DNA from: Seison nebaliae
Lineage: Eukaryota
DNA length: 39,104 bases
Assembly: GCA_023231475.1 (NCBI GenBank)
Contig: JALJEE010000525.1
Location: 62,001 to 101,104, forward strand
Reading direction: 5' to 3'
Below the pieces are notes generated by a model, which worked only from the letters and a program-made list of their open reading frames with translations, had not been told where the DNA came from and searched no databases. Within the stretch, counting starts at the first letter, position 1. Every line of letters begins with the position of its first letter. Made by a program: the position numbers and the translations under genes. This document shows positions 14,291 through 27,095 of the stretch, piece by piece.

Positions 14291-14773
14291 TTTTCTTTCA
14301 CGTATTTTTCTTCTTTTATTCTCAAATAATCCCACAGGGATTGTGGTGCTTCAGATTTTGCTTCTGAAATTATTTTCCCCATAGTCACAGGTTAAATGGA
14401 AAAAAAGGTAGAATAACATTAGAAAATTATTCTGACGAAATTTTCACATTCAAATTTTTAGCTTTACCTCCAAAATTTTCCCCAAATATTTGAAAAAAAT
14501 TTTCCAATTTACAAATGTTATCCAAATGTTGGACATGGATAAATTTTTATGCAATTCAAAATTACAGGTAAAATAAGAAGATTGAAAGAAGGATGGTAAA
14601 TTGTAAATGAGAAACGCAGAAATTTTATTTATCTCATAGAGTGATTATGTATAAAAGTGAGATAAAAGAGATGAAAAATTAGAAATTAGTTATTCGTTTG
14701 AGAAAGAAATGAATAAATTGATGATAATTGTGGAATGAATTGAAATGGAAGAGTTGTTGTGAGAGAATGAAAA

Positions 14774-15796
14774 TTAATTACAAATATATTCAGAAAACTT
14801 TTGGAATGAGAAGACATGGCGATGGATGAAATAGAGTAGTGAGATAATGAGAAAGAGGAGGAGAATACTGAAAATTGTTAAGGGAATGTAAAAGTAGAAG
14901 GGATCGATCTCTCCATTGACACTCTGGAAATTCCAAAGTTGACTGGTTAGGCCAATACCACCAGTAATGGAGAGAATGGAGAGAATGAAAAATGTAAAGA
15001 AAACAAGAAATCCGGCACAGTACACCCAAAGGAGAAGTGTAACGATTGTTTGGTGGGAGCGGAAATAGCCGGTCAACAGAATGAGAACAGATGTTGTTAT
15101 ACAGAATACACCTGTCCATATACCGGCAGCTGCTTGATATGTTAGTCCAATTCGATAAGCAGTTGCGATGGATTGAAGAATAATAATAATTAAACCGATT
15201 AAAAAGAAGCCCACGCCAATAAATTGCATTGTACTATTGGGCCAATATTCTTTAATTCTATCATCGATCGTCATCTTCATACTATGACGTCGTTCTCTGT
15301 CGAGTTCTTTCTGAAATTTTGACATTTCTAAAATTAGAGACGAAATCAATTTTCCTATTATCCAATTTGAGAATAGTAAGAGATGACTAACGAATCTGTT
15401 CAACGAACATTGGATTTCGATCATCCTTCAAATTATTCGAATATCCATTTTGTTCACGTCCAATCTTTCCTACATCGTCCGATGTGAATCCCGTAAAATT
15501 TTTATTCGTATCAACAATCAACGGAACTAATGTATTAGAATAATTGTGAGGATGTTGTTGTTGTTGTTGTTGTTGTTGATGTTTGTGATTGAAATTGGCT
15601 GCTTCGATCTCTTCTCGCATTTTAGAAGGTAATTGTTGATGAATATGACTGAAATCATCTGGTGTAATTGGTACGTCGAGATTGTAAACACCTTCAGTTG
15701 GTTCGTCATTTCCTGTAAGAAATTGATTGAAAATTCACAAGACAACAATGTTGTTGAATGAATGAAATTGTTCTAACCTGAAACAAATGATTTCAT
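14774..15796 (-). CDS. MS4A/CD20-like four-transmembrane protein (3 exons, ~297 aa)
   Basis: Exons 15796-15778, 15712-15392, 15327-14774 (894 nt, in frame). Poly-Q-containing N-terminus then four hydrophobic segments, including AAGIWTGVFCITTSVL typical of CD20-like proteins. The 19-nt first exon is the least certain. Confidence 0.65.
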
Positions 15797-16871
15797 ATCG
15801 TCAAAAGGTTAGTGGAGGGAATGATGAATTTCGAAATTTTAACGTAAAATGAAGAAAAGATTTGAAGGAAAAAGAATAGATAAATTTTTTGTATTTCCTT
15901 TTACAATGAAACAGTTCTAATAACATAAAACGATTGTCGAGAAGAATTGAAAAGGAATGGAGGGTGGGAGTGAGATGGAGTGTGTACGGAAGGAGAAATA
16001 GAAAAGAGAGAAATGTTTAGATAAAATAATTTTTGAAGCGAATTTCTTGTAAAAAGAAATCGAGAGGATTGTCGTCAGTAAATCAATTCGAGTTTAAAAC
16101 GAGAAATTTTTAGCAAGATTTTATTACGAGAGAATCACTCTTGAGAATTAGAATGATTAATTGAATTTTCTAAGAAAATTATTAATTTGTTGTTCATTGG
16201 GGAAATTGGTTGGAAGTCAAATGTAAGGCCTCTTCTTCATTTACTCAATACTCTTCCAACAACAACAGTGAATTGTTAGGATAATTATGTGAAGGAACAT
16301 TGGGTTTGCCATATTTCTTCTTTCATATTCTCCGTTGAGTCGATTATCCTTTGTAGAAGATATTCTGAATGATTACTATTGAACATTAGTTCACCTCTCA
16401 TCAATCGAACAATATTAATTGTGAAAGTTGTTACTATTAAATTTCTTTTTTTTCTTCAAGTTAACTTCTCCCACTGAGAGGAATGCATAATCAAATTATC
16501 ATTTATTCTTAGTCATATTCATACATACACATACACACACACACAAATATATAGAACACAATAATTCTTCATATTTTTTTCATAACAATTACTCAATATT
16601 CTTACACAAAAACACAATATCTGCCCATGCACCTGTTATGAAATGTATTTCATATTAATTTAAACGAGAGAGATCCAACCGAAGTATCTTCTTACACTTC
16701 TTCTATCCCCATACTCTATTTATAATAATAATAAAAAAGTGGAAGAATATTCATCTTTCTTCCCTCCAATACTTTCTCCATGTATTCGAATCAGTTAACG
16801 AAAATCAGCATCGTTCTTAATCCAATCGAATCGTGAGACTTCCGTCGATAGTGAAAGAAGAAATCAATTCA

Positions 16872-18770
16872 ATGAAGAACAATGAAAATGATTTGGTGAA
16901 TGAGAATGATTCAGTTGGAATTGAAAAGGCTCCTCTGAAATCCTTGTCGTGTACGTCGTCCCTTCCCTCGTCATCATCCCAATTGTCGTTCAAATCGTCC
17001 GATCACAAATTTAATGATAGTCATCAATTGATTACTTCTCAAATCATTACGGCTACTTCAACCGCTCCCTCTGACAATTATAAGAATTCATTAAACTTCT
17101 TTCAACCATCCATTAAATCGACCTCCTCTTCATCCATATCTGCTCTACCCAAAACACCAACATCAACCATCAGAACGACATTCGATTCGAATTTAGTTGA
17201 ACTCTCATCCATTTCATCTACATTTACATCGAGTACGACATCATCTTCAGCGTCATTACCTTCAACATCGCCAATCTTCTCTGTATCTTCAACAATTGCA
17301 ACAACAGAAACGACAACTTCATCGACATTGACGACAACACCTGCATTAGTGGTGACATCGTCAGTAGTGGATAAGAAGAAATCGAATGAAAAAAAGAAGA
17401 AAATTAATTTCTTCCAATTAGCTAATCGATTATTGAGAAATAATAATTTTGTTGAAGCTGATTATTATTATCAATTAGCAATGAAGAATGGAACGGCATC
17501 AACTATCATTCCTGTCACTTCACCACCATCTGTCCCTATACCATCAATAAATACGAATGCACAATCTAATCCTCCTCCTCTTCCCTTATCCACAACATCG
17601 ACAAATCAAATTAATTCCACTCAAATACTTCAACGTGCCATCGTAGCAGTAAATCGTGCACTTTGTCATTTGCAACTCCAACAATATCAGACATGTATCG
17701 ATTTATGTGAACACGCTTTAATTCTATTGAGACAGGAATCGTCATCAACCATCACATGGAATGGTCCAGTGACGGTGGCGAAACGTTATTTAATAAAAGA
17801 CAAAATTGACGATCGTCATTCTCACCATCACAATGACGAAATTGTCATTCATCGTTCATCCGATACGACATCACCTCGATCGAATAAATCGGGACATGAA
17901 ATTTCGACAACGACTCCAATACCTGCACCAATACCACCACAATCATCATCGTCATTGAATAAATATGATGGAGTGAATTATATCGATCATTTATCGATCG
18001 ATGATGCGAAATTGAAAGGAAATAGTAAGAAAAAAAGTTTCTTCTCTTGTGGAGCATTTCGTCTTCTCCATATTTATGGATGTCGTTGGAGTGAAGAATT
18101 AGGAAATGTCGCTAAAGAAGCATTACGAGCATCAGGTTGTGTAAAACGACGTCAACGAATTGTAATGACTGAGATCAAAGCTCATTATTATTTAGGAGAA
18201 AGTAAAATGAATTTGGGACGTTTAGATCATGCTTATCGACATCTTCAATTAGCTCACGATCTCTCACAACAAAATCATTTCAATTTCGGTGACGAAATAA
18301 CATATGCATTACGTCGGATTAAACGAGAAATCGATGAACGAGATAATGGTGAAATGGAGAAATCATCAAATGAATTCTTTCAATTCCTTTATCAACTCTT
18401 CGACAAGAAATCATCTATTGACGATTTGGATGATGAGAAATTGGAACAATTCCGAAATAAATTAGAAGAAGTTGAAAATTTATCAAAACTTTTCCATCAA
18501 AAACGGATCAATATTCCGGATACATTATGTGGTAAGATTTCCTTCGAATTGATGACCGATCCCGTTATTACACCTGATGGAATTACTTATGATCGAACTT
18601 GTATCGAACAACATCTCCAACGAATCGGTCGATTCGATCCACTCACACGTCAATCGTTGACTCGAGATCAACTCGTACCGAATTTAGCATTGAAAGAGTT
18701 GATAAATGATTTCATGACTGAATATAAAATTAAACGATATGAACCAATTCCGCTTAAATCGAAAAAATAA
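16872..18770 (+). CDS. STUB1: E3 ubiquitin ligase CHIP (TPR + U-box) with large low-complexity insertions, single exon, ~632 aa
   Basis: U-box [70 protein letters not shown] pieces [22 protein letters not shown] and [11 protein letters not shown] all match CHIP. First ATG 16872 (track start 16833 is GTG). Confidence 0.92.
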   Translation: MKNNENDLVNENDSVGIEKAPLKSLSCTSSLPSSSSQLSFKSSDHKFNDSHQLITSQIITATSTAPSDNYKNSLNFFQPSIKSTSSSSISALPKTPTSTIRTTFDSNLVELSSISSTFTSSTTSSSASLPSTSPIFSVSSTIATTETTTSSTLTTTPALVVTSSVVDKKKSNEKKKKINFFQLANRLLRNNNFVEADYYYQLAMKNGTASTIIPVTSPPSVPIPSINTNAQSNPPPLPLSTTSTNQINSTQILQRAIVAVNRALCHLQLQQYQTCIDLCEHALILLRQESSSTITWNGPVTVAKRYLIKDKIDDRHSHHHNDEIVIHRSSDTTSPRSNKSGHEISTTTPIPAPIPPQSSSSLNKYDGVNYIDHLSIDDAKLKGNSKKKSFFSCGAFRLLHIYGCRWSEELGNVAKEALRASGCVKRRQRIVMTEIKAHYYLGESKMNLGRLDHAYRHLQLAHDLSQQNHFNFGDEITYALRRIKREIDERDNGEMEKSSNEFFQFLYQLFDKKSSIDDLDDEKLEQFRNKLEEVENLSKLFHQKRINIPDTLCGKISFELMTDPVITPDGITYDRTCIEQHLQRIGRFDPLTRQSLTRDQLVPNLALKELINDFMTEYKIKRYEPIPLKSKK

Positions 18771-19091
18771 TTTAAATTTTTTCTTATGTTTTGCTGGAGA
18801 AACAAAAGTATCTTTTTAGGCAATCTCACAATCCGATAAATTTATGTTTGATCAACAAATGAAATTCTTTCCCGAACAAACTGATTTTTCTCCTATGGAG
18901 AATTTAAAGTCGAAAATTATTATTATTATCATCATCAATATCATTCTTCGCAACTCATCCATCAGTTTTGTTGGTGGAAAATGAATCAATAAAAGAATTT
19001 CAAATCGAAAATATATGAAATTTTTTGAAAAGATTCTATTAAAATCATTTCTCTAACATCCATATTGATTGAATGATTGATAGATTAATTA

Positions 19092-19137
19092 ATTGATTTA
19101 TTTATTTATTTATTGATTGATTGATTGATTGATTGAT
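19092..19137. repeat. Compound (ATTT)n/(ATTG)n microsatellite between convergent STUB1 and LRRC56 3' ends
   Basis: Directly visible tetranucleotide runs. Confidence 0.85.
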
Positions 19138-19293
19138 GATAATGATGACAACGATGATGATTATGAGATGAAAGATTCGATATCAAGGAAACGGTTCTGA
19201 TGAAAAACAATATTTGTTGAAACAAAAAGAAAATTATTTATTTTTATTCAAATTCTCCTTCTCTCCATATAATTCCTTCGGAATATATTATTC

Positions 19294-21202
19294 TCATTCG
19301 TTAGTCGAGTGGATCTGATGATATTTTTTATTTATTTGATTTAATTGACTGTTAGTATCATTATTCGCATGATCCATCCGACGATAATTTTTAAACGGTT
19401 TCTTATGAAATTTTTCAGTATTATTCTTCTCATCTACAACAAACGTTCTTCTGGTCATTCTTTCACTGATTTGTGGTCGATTTCGATCCGTCGTCTTTTC
19501 TTTTATATTTTTCTTATTCTCTTTAATAAATTTATTGGAATATTTGATAGTTTCATTCGTTCCGTCCATTGATTTTGACCAATTCTTCTCATTTCTTATA
19601 TTATTCGAATGAGTTGAATGATAATTATCTTCTTTAATCGATGTGGAACGTGGAGTGATTTCATCAATTTCTACTTCTTCTTCACCTTCGTCTTCATCAT
19701 CTGTTTCGATAATTAGACGATTCTCTAATAATAATTGTCTCTGTGGAAGACTGGAGGATAATCGTTGTTGGAATTGTTGACACTCTTTCCGAATATCATC
19801 AAGTTCTTCATTCGTTGAATCGTTTCGAGTATTATTGACAGATGAATGTTCTGTCGACCATTCTGATTTGTTTGGTCGTCGGTTTCTGAATAGTGCTCGA
19901 GTTAAATTTCCTTGAATGGCTGCACCTTTTGTCAAATCACTAACATAATTATCAGTTGGTTCTTGAAAGAATTTGTCATTCTTGTTAAATAATTGTTTGA
20001 TAAGTGAAGGCGTTTCCGTTAAATTTCTCATGGCGGTTTTGGGTCGAGCCGTTAACGTCAATTCTGATCGATTACTAATTGCTGGTGATTTGAGAGAGAG
20101 TGATGTTCCTGGTCGAATATTGGAGAATGATTTATGTTCATTCTTCTTCTGATCGAAAGAGATTGTCGAAGAAATATTAGATGATGGTGATGGTGATGGT
20201 GATGAGAAAGATGGAATTTTTTCCTTCAATAATCCTTTATCTAAACACTCGTTAATGAAACTCCAATGACTACTGAATGTTGATGAATTGGAAGGATTGG
20301 ATTGATCCTTATCTCTCAATTTCTTCGATGATGATTCATCCAATTGTTTCAGATGAGGAAGATATTTAAATAATCGTCGTCGATATCTATCTAATTTCAT
20401 TTCTTTTTTTCCTTCCCAATCTTTCATCAATCCATCGCAACATTTATTGCCTCTTAAGACGAGGGAAGTCAAATGTTTATTTAAACGAAGAAATTCGATC
20501 TCTTCAATATCTTCTATCAAATTATCCTCCAAATCTAAAATTCTCAAATTATCTAATAGACTGAGAGAAGTACCGATTTCTTTTATTCGATTGAATGGCA
20601 AATAAGCTTCCGACAAATTTGGCATAGATGTTCCAATTCCTTCCAAATCCTCCAAACCACAATTTCCCATGAATAATATTGTCAAATTTTTAAATTGCGT
20701 CCCTAAATTCCTAGAAAACATTGAAAACCGTATAAACATGAAACACAGTTGAAATATAAAAGAATGTTCATAATTTAAATAAATAAATAATAATAATAAT
20801 AATTTATTTGAAAGTTGAAGGGAGGGTAACCTGATTTTTGTTATGAAACTATCAGTCAGTCTCAATTCTTTTAGATTTGGCATATAATGACCAAAATTAC
20901 CGAAACTTGTTCGATCCATATCGATAATTAATTCCAATTTCTTCACATCATTCAAATCTTTCACTTCCGTCAATTGTTTCTATTTGACATCGAGAATGTA
21001 TTCGTATTTTATTTAATCAAAGTGAAACTAGTCGTGTTGGTGATAGATATTCCGTTAACAAATGTTCAGATTCACTTAATTCATTTTCATTCGGCATCGG
21101 ATTCCAACCGTAATGACTCAAATTTAGTTGAACATATGCATCTTGAGTGGAAATCGTGGAGTCACTCGGTGTAAAGTGACCGGAATCGATTGAAGAGTTC
21201 AT
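19294..21202 (-). CDS. LRRC56: Leucine-rich repeat protein LRRC56 (ODA8) homolog (3 exons, ~579 aa)
   Basis: Exons 21202-21029, 20979-20831, 20710-19294 (1740 nt, in frame). EYLSPTRL-KQLT, SFGNFGHYMPNLKELRL, IRNLGT, CGLEDLEGI, LRILDLEDN, LVLRGN and LPHLKQLD match LRRC56; RPxT/SA-type motifs (RPGTS, RPKTA) in the tail. Confidence 0.88.
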
Positions 21203-21254
21203 TGAATTTTAGTAATTACCAAAATAATCTCATTTACACCTCAGATGCTTAATC

Positions 21255-21268
21255 ATTTCTAAGGCAAC
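21255..21268. promoter_or_regulatory. X-box-like motif upstream of LRRC56
   Basis: Minus strand GTTGCCTTAGAAAT (perfect GTTGCC half-site), 53-66 nt upstream of the ATG at 21202. Confidence 0.45.
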
Positions 21269-21859
21269 TAGAATAAATAATATATGCAATTTAAAGTAAC
21301 GATGAACATTATCAATCAACATTTGTAAGTCCAATTACAAGCTCCATTCATCAATTCGTTCTAAGCTGAAATATTAAGTAGCAAATTATTAAATTATTAA
21401 CGTTCACTTCAAAATTTTTCACGACATATTTTCATTTCTTTTTAACATCAAGATTTAGATAGAAAATAATAAATAATAATAAATATTTAATAAAGTTAAA
21501 CTTCTATCGTTTATAATTATTTTTTTGAAACTATTTTTCAAATTTTATTTTTCAAATCTTCTTCGACATTTCTTTTATATTATTAACTTTCCACAACAAT
21601 AAAATATCTTATTAACCAACTATTTAGTATATTCGCTAGATTCGTTTAATCATGAAAAAATTTTGTTTAAAAAAACAAATGGAACAATTATAATAGAAAA
21701 ACTCTTAATCACATCAATGCACAACAATGAATAAGCTTCTAGTAAAGTTTAAATTTAGACTATAAAAGTTGAAGATTTCATTTCGTGTGATATTGTGTAA
21801 AATGGATAATATTCGACGAATTGATAAATAGGAAATTAAGAAAAGAATTGTTATTCGTT

Positions 21860-24433
21860 TTAAATGAAGTACATTTCATTTTTGATATGGTCATGTACAT
21901 CTATCACATCTTTTTTGCCAATTGGAATATTTCGATTTGAATCATGATAGGCACGTCCACGAAATGCTGCCAAATGTGAATAGTATACTGGTGCAGGAAT
22001 GGAGACACTTCGAGTACAACGACCATAAACGAAACATAACGCGTAACTTAACGTTTGGATAGTATCAGATGTGAATCCAATATCATCATAAAGGACAATA
22101 TAATGAGCTGGTTTACTCGTACCTTGAATACCTTCATGAGAACAAAGATAAAAATCGAACGCCAATGGATCAACAATCTCCGAATCGACAATCGTACCAC
22201 AAGGCACATTGCCAGATTGACCGACTGCATCTTGTCGATTGGTTGGAAATAGTCTTGTATGATGTCTCTTCGTCACCACGATAATTGCCATTTCGGGTTG
22301 GTAACTATCACTCAGGGTAACACAAGCATTACGGATACCACGTAATTCTTCACTTAATATCATATCATATTGACCCTCACTAACGCCATCGCGATAATAG
22401 AGAATATGAGTCGGTTGACGATTTGTTTTATTATAAAATTCCATTAATAAATCATGAACTGCGGCATCGATATTCCGAATATTCTCTACGGCACCTTTCT
22501 TCGGTCGTTCTTGCTTCAACAATCGAGCAGCATATCGTGTTTGGAACAAATTTGTACTACCAACTACACCAGCAATCGAATATGACAATGTGGGTGGACC
22601 TCGTCCTTTTGGTTGTTGAAAATTAGCGGGAGGATGTGTCACATCTGCACCAATCACAATTACAACACTCTCTTGATTAAATGGTTCGGTGGTCAACATC
22701 TTATCGATAGCAATGTTGAATCCTTTCAATTTATGATTAATTTTTAAGAATACATTCAAAATAAAAGGCGGTTTTTTTAATTTTGAAACATTCTTCACAG
22801 CGATACATTGCGTCATTATTCCAATAAATATTTCACAGACCGTTTTCACTTGACAATACACTGAACTCTCCGGAAGAATAATCATTAAAAATTGAACTCT
22901 TTGATCTTTCGCTTCTTGAAAATGACCTTGAAGATCGTTGACATTAATTGTTCTCATAAATCTTTCATCTGGAAAAGGTATTGGAATTCGAACGGTTTCC
23001 GATCCTTTTCGTACATCATCTGCTATTTGACCTAAATTTAGGGGTCGATTTGTTGGTCGACTCATTGGTGAATTAATGGAGAATATTCCCCATTTCAAAC
23101 TTTTAATATATTCTGTTTCGATTCTTCGAAATGGTCGTCGATTGAAATCATATTTACCATTATTTGTCGGTATTTGTTTATTATCACCATCAAGTAAAAT
23201 TGGTGGTGGTAAAATTCGTCCTTTCACCTGAGTCATTTCAGGTGAATAAGCGAAACCGAAATGACGATAAATGTCATTTCGTTCTTTCAACCGACCTACA
23301 TAATCCTCGATCATTTGTAATCGAACATGTGCCGGCTTTGCACTCTCACGAATCACACTTGCCGTTTGTTGGGCCGTTAACGTTCCTTTCGATTTGCAAC
23401 CAGGAACGATGGTACATAATTTTAATGGTATAAATGTCCTTCGTGGACCACGACCAATAGTGACACATAATTCCTTTTCGTCAATTCTTATTTGATATGT
23501 CTCTTGGAAATATTGACAAATTGACATCATTTTCGTTCGATTACCGTCACTCATTTTGAAAGTGATATTTCCCGCTCTCTTATACAATTCAATTCCACTA
23601 ATCCTTCTCGTATGTTTCGTATGACTCACTTTCACTTTTATACCATCAATATCATTCGACATCTTTTTCAATTGACGAGGATGCGTTCCGTAATGTTTAT
23701 GCAAATAAGCCTCTAATGGAATCGCCTCATAAAAGATGGCACTAGGAATGTCAATATTTTGGAACCAACGTTTCGTACCAAAACGTAATGAAGTTCGGAC
23801 ACCTGTATATTTGACTTTACCTTCACCAATTTCAGTTGGTCGATTTGTCATATCAACGAAGAAATTTTTATATTGTTTTAGAAATTGAGCGAGCATCGTC
23901 TGATTGATGATGTGAGCAGCTTGCATTGTAGCTGGCAATTCTGGACATCTTGTTTGTTCCACTGCAAGATTCAATTTATCCAAATAAATTATCGGTAATT
24001 TCGTTCGTGAAAGAACGAGTCGATAATAATCTTTTTTTCCATTTTCGTCGTCAAATGTCATTGAGTAATCATCACTAATCCTGTCACATCTAATATAGGC
24101 GATTGCCAAACCATCATAAGCAATCGGACCAACTTCTTCAAATATCTTTTCTAATTGTCTCATACATTGTTGTCGATATTGGAGATCAATCTCTTTCGAG
24201 AGAACTTCCTCTTGACGGATATTTCGTCCTTTCTGTCTTGGTCGATTTTCAGCTTTCACTCGATTTTCAGCCAAAATAAATTTCACATCATATTGCGCCA
24301 CTGGAATGGTACTGGAAATGTCCATTTCAAACCAATTGGCTTTCAGATATATGCTTCTACCTAAATGTCCCCCATCATCAGGACGTTTTTCTACTTCTTT
24401 GCCCAAAGTGGGAATCTCGAACGAATTAATCAT
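21860..24433 (-). CDS. AGO: Argonaute (AGO clade, divergent), single coding exon, 857 aa
   Basis: N domain RPDDGGHLGRSIYLKANWF, PAZ (SICQYFQETY, FIPLKLC), L2 LTAQQTASVI, MID VYCQVK/TQCI/LKINHKL, PIWI IGADVTHP, YRDGVSEGQ, KRHHTRLF, DFYLCSHEGIQGTSKPAHY, RCTRSVSIPAPVYYSHL, C-terminal MYFI. Confidence 0.97.
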   Translation of the reverse strand: MINSFEIPTLGKEVEKRPDDGGHLGRSIYLKANWFEMDISSTIPVAQYDVKFILAENRVKAENRPRQKGRNIRQEEVLSKEIDLQYRQQCMRQLEKIFEEVGPIAYDGLAIAYIRCDRISDDYSMTFDDENGKKDYYRLVLSRTKLPIIYLDKLNLAVEQTRCPELPATMQAAHIINQTMLAQFLKQYKNFFVDMTNRPTEIGEGKVKYTGVRTSLRFGTKRWFQNIDIPSAIFYEAIPLEAYLHKHYGTHPRQLKKMSNDIDGIKVKVSHTKHTRRISGIELYKRAGNITFKMSDGNRTKMMSICQYFQETYQIRIDEKELCVTIGRGPRRTFIPLKLCTIVPGCKSKGTLTAQQTASVIRESAKPAHVRLQMIEDYVGRLKERNDIYRHFGFAYSPEMTQVKGRILPPPILLDGDNKQIPTNNGKYDFNRRPFRRIETEYIKSLKWGIFSINSPMSRPTNRPLNLGQIADDVRKGSETVRIPIPFPDERFMRTINVNDLQGHFQEAKDQRVQFLMIILPESSVYCQVKTVCEIFIGIMTQCIAVKNVSKLKKPPFILNVFLKINHKLKGFNIAIDKMLTTEPFNQESVVIVIGADVTHPPANFQQPKGRGPPTLSYSIAGVVGSTNLFQTRYAARLLKQERPKKGAVENIRNIDAAVHDLLMEFYNKTNRQPTHILYYRDGVSEGQYDMILSEELRGIRNACVTLSDSYQPEMAIIVVTKRHHTRLFPTNRQDAVGQSGNVPCGTIVDSEIVDPLAFDFYLCSHEGIQGTSKPAHYIVLYDDIGFTSDTIQTLSYALCFVYGRCTRSVSIPAPVYYSHLAAFRGRAYHDSNRNIPIGKKDVIDVHDHIKNEMYFI

Positions 24434-24984
24434 TTTCCCTCACTTATATCAATAAAATAGGGAGAGACACATAATTTAAAAGATGTCGTTGGTAAAAATT
24501 GAAATTAAACAAATTCTGGTTCTTACCAATTTTTCCTTCAATCTTAAACTTGTTATTTAAACAAAATTTCGTCTTTATCCTTCTTATAAAATTATTTTCT
24601 TTTAATTTTATTAATTTTTCCCTTTTCTCCATCTCAAATAAATAAATAAATAATTATTATACAATATAACTCTTAATATTCTGTATACAGACAACTATTT
24701 CCGATTTCCAACTGTCAAGAATAATTTTAAACAGTATTCTTCCATTATTATTCCTATATATATTAACCGTTATACACCACGCATATAAAGAGGAAAGCGG
24801 TTGAGGTCTTCTTGCATTGCAAAACCTTCTTCATTATTTCAATCAATAATTTTTATTAATTTTTTCTCCCCTCTTTCTTATTCAAATAAATGAATCATGT
24901 TTTCCTTGAAGTTTCCATGAATTGAAAAGAATTTCTCGTTCTCTTCATAGAAATTTTAAAAGATTGTTAATTATCTTTATTTGA

Positions 24985-25011
24985 ATTATTATTATTATTA
25001 TTATTATTATT
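24985..25011. repeat. (ATT)9 microsatellite
   Basis: Directly visible. Confidence 0.9.
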
Positions 25012-27095
25012 AAAGACATATTATACACAACGATTATCGGTATTTTACAATCCTTCAAATTCATGACTGATACTCTCGATAAACATGGGAAATTTGTTTC
25101 CATTTTTAATTCTTTCACCCTCTTTTGAAATACAAAGAAAAATATTATTAGTAATTAAATAACTAATAATATTTAATTTAAACTAACGTAAGTATTAAGC
25201 AAGAAAACAATTAAATATCATTTTAATAGGAAATATTATTTAAAAATTTTTATGTTGTTTGGAGTTTGGATTTTTTTTTCCAAAATGTATAGAAGGATCG
25301 ATCCTTATCATTTAAGGATCATGGATCATTCCCCCAGTCCTAGTTGCTAGTTCGACGCAATCTAGTTTTCAATAGACAAATTGTACGAATTTTCTTCGAT
25401 CTACATATCCCCAAAATCGATGAAGTATTTCGAATTTTTATATGATTAGTTGTATACAACTTGTATGATTAAAGTATTCTGAAGATTTCGGTAAAGTTTT
25501 TAAATAAAATTTAAACGATCATCTTCTAAATAGAATCAAATGAAAAACTTTTAAGCATTTATTCTAACAAAATTATTGTAAGGTAACACATATTGCCTGC
25601 TGATTTATTCGTCTTCTCATTAACAGTTGGAATAAATATAAGTGGTAGATTAAAAAGTGTGTAAATCGAAAGAAATTTGATTTTTCTACTAAATGACTGA
25701 CAATTAATTGAAAGGAAAAATTCTTTATATAATATATAATAATATATACTCTTATTTCTGATAATCATCACGATAGACAATGGACGATGGAAAGAATAGA
25801 TGATGAAAAGAAAAAGTTTTATTTTACCAATCGGCTAACAAAAGAGTTTTCCTTTTCCTCTGAATGTTTAGAAGAAGTTATTTGGGAAATAACTTTCTAA
25901 CTATTATGGTTGGAAGTGTGCACTAATGATTAGTTGCCAATCGATAGTGGGAAGAATGGTTGGAAGTATTATTTGGATGTTATTGACTTATCTTCTACTC
26001 CTTTCATTCTATGCGACTCATTTGATTCATTCCTCATTGTTATTATTTAAAAGATATATAAATTTGCAGTATAATATTTACATATCCAATTTTTGCGATA
26101 TCGTTGTTCGTTCGTTCAGATATGGTCATCGATTCTCCGTTTGAGCGACATCTCCACATCGGAAATTTATAGTATTAACTTTTTATCGGTTACGAACAAT
26201 TGCAAATAGAAACTTATTTAAAATATTAAAATTGTGTTAGCAAACAGAATAAGAATGACAATAACAAATCGATTGAATAAATGTTATATATCATATCGAA
26301 AATATTCGAATCGTTTTTAGTTGTTAACTAATCTTTATTAATAACTAACCATTTAAAGAAATTTGTTGAGGAAGATAAAATGTTGTCATGGAAAATTAAA
26401 TGAATTGATACTGAAGATATTCGATTAACTGATCGATCGATAAGATGTTTAGTCGATTTTAAATAGGCGGTGAATATGTTGAAGGAGCTAAATTTTTGAT
26501 AATGAAACTGAAGTTGGAAGTGGGATTGGATGAGAAGAAGATGACACAGGAGGTGATGATAAGTGAAAGGAAATAATTACGAGGGAAAAAACGACAGTCA
26601 ATCTGCTCTCCCATCCACACGTATTTGGTGAAGCGGCAACTAAATAAGAAGAATAAACAGAAAAATGAATTTATCAAAATTATTATTGTGATAGAAGGGG
26701 GAATTTTGAGTGGCGAATGACATTCCATATTCCTACATGATTATGTAATGAACTTATATATGAATGTTCTTGTGTTTGTAGAACGAGTTTAGATTCTTGT
26801 TTTTTTTTTTTTTTTCGTCTCTTTACACATGGTGTACATGTAGATCAATATGATTAGTTGCATTAAATTACACGTAATCATAGAAATTTATCATTTTCAT
26901 TAATTTTTCTATTTTCTTCTTCTTTTCTACTTCTTGACCATTATTTTATTGTCAAATTGTCCTTCGTTATTCTCATTAAATATTTTCTCATCTTCTCTTA
27001 CCCTTCTTCATTTCCTTTCGTTCCACTTCTTCCTTCTGAATATCAAATAAATTAATTTTTTCTCCTACATTCATTCATTCATTCTTCTACAATAC

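Noticed and set aside
9345..15796. Four tightly spaced same-strand genes suggesting an operon with trans-splicing
   Set aside because: Gaps of 0.3-1.1 kb contain their own promoter-like motifs, and I found no clear unpaired acceptors; cannot be supported without transcripts.
25781..25900. WW-domain-like peptide WTMERIDDEKKKFYFTNRLTKEFSF
   Set aside because: Second Trp and Pro missing, short frame bounded by stops, no exon context.
26050..26175. Minus-strand FPMW...RTNNDI, reminiscent of a MULE transposase motif
   Set aside because: About 40 codons between stops and the expected catalytic Glu is absent.
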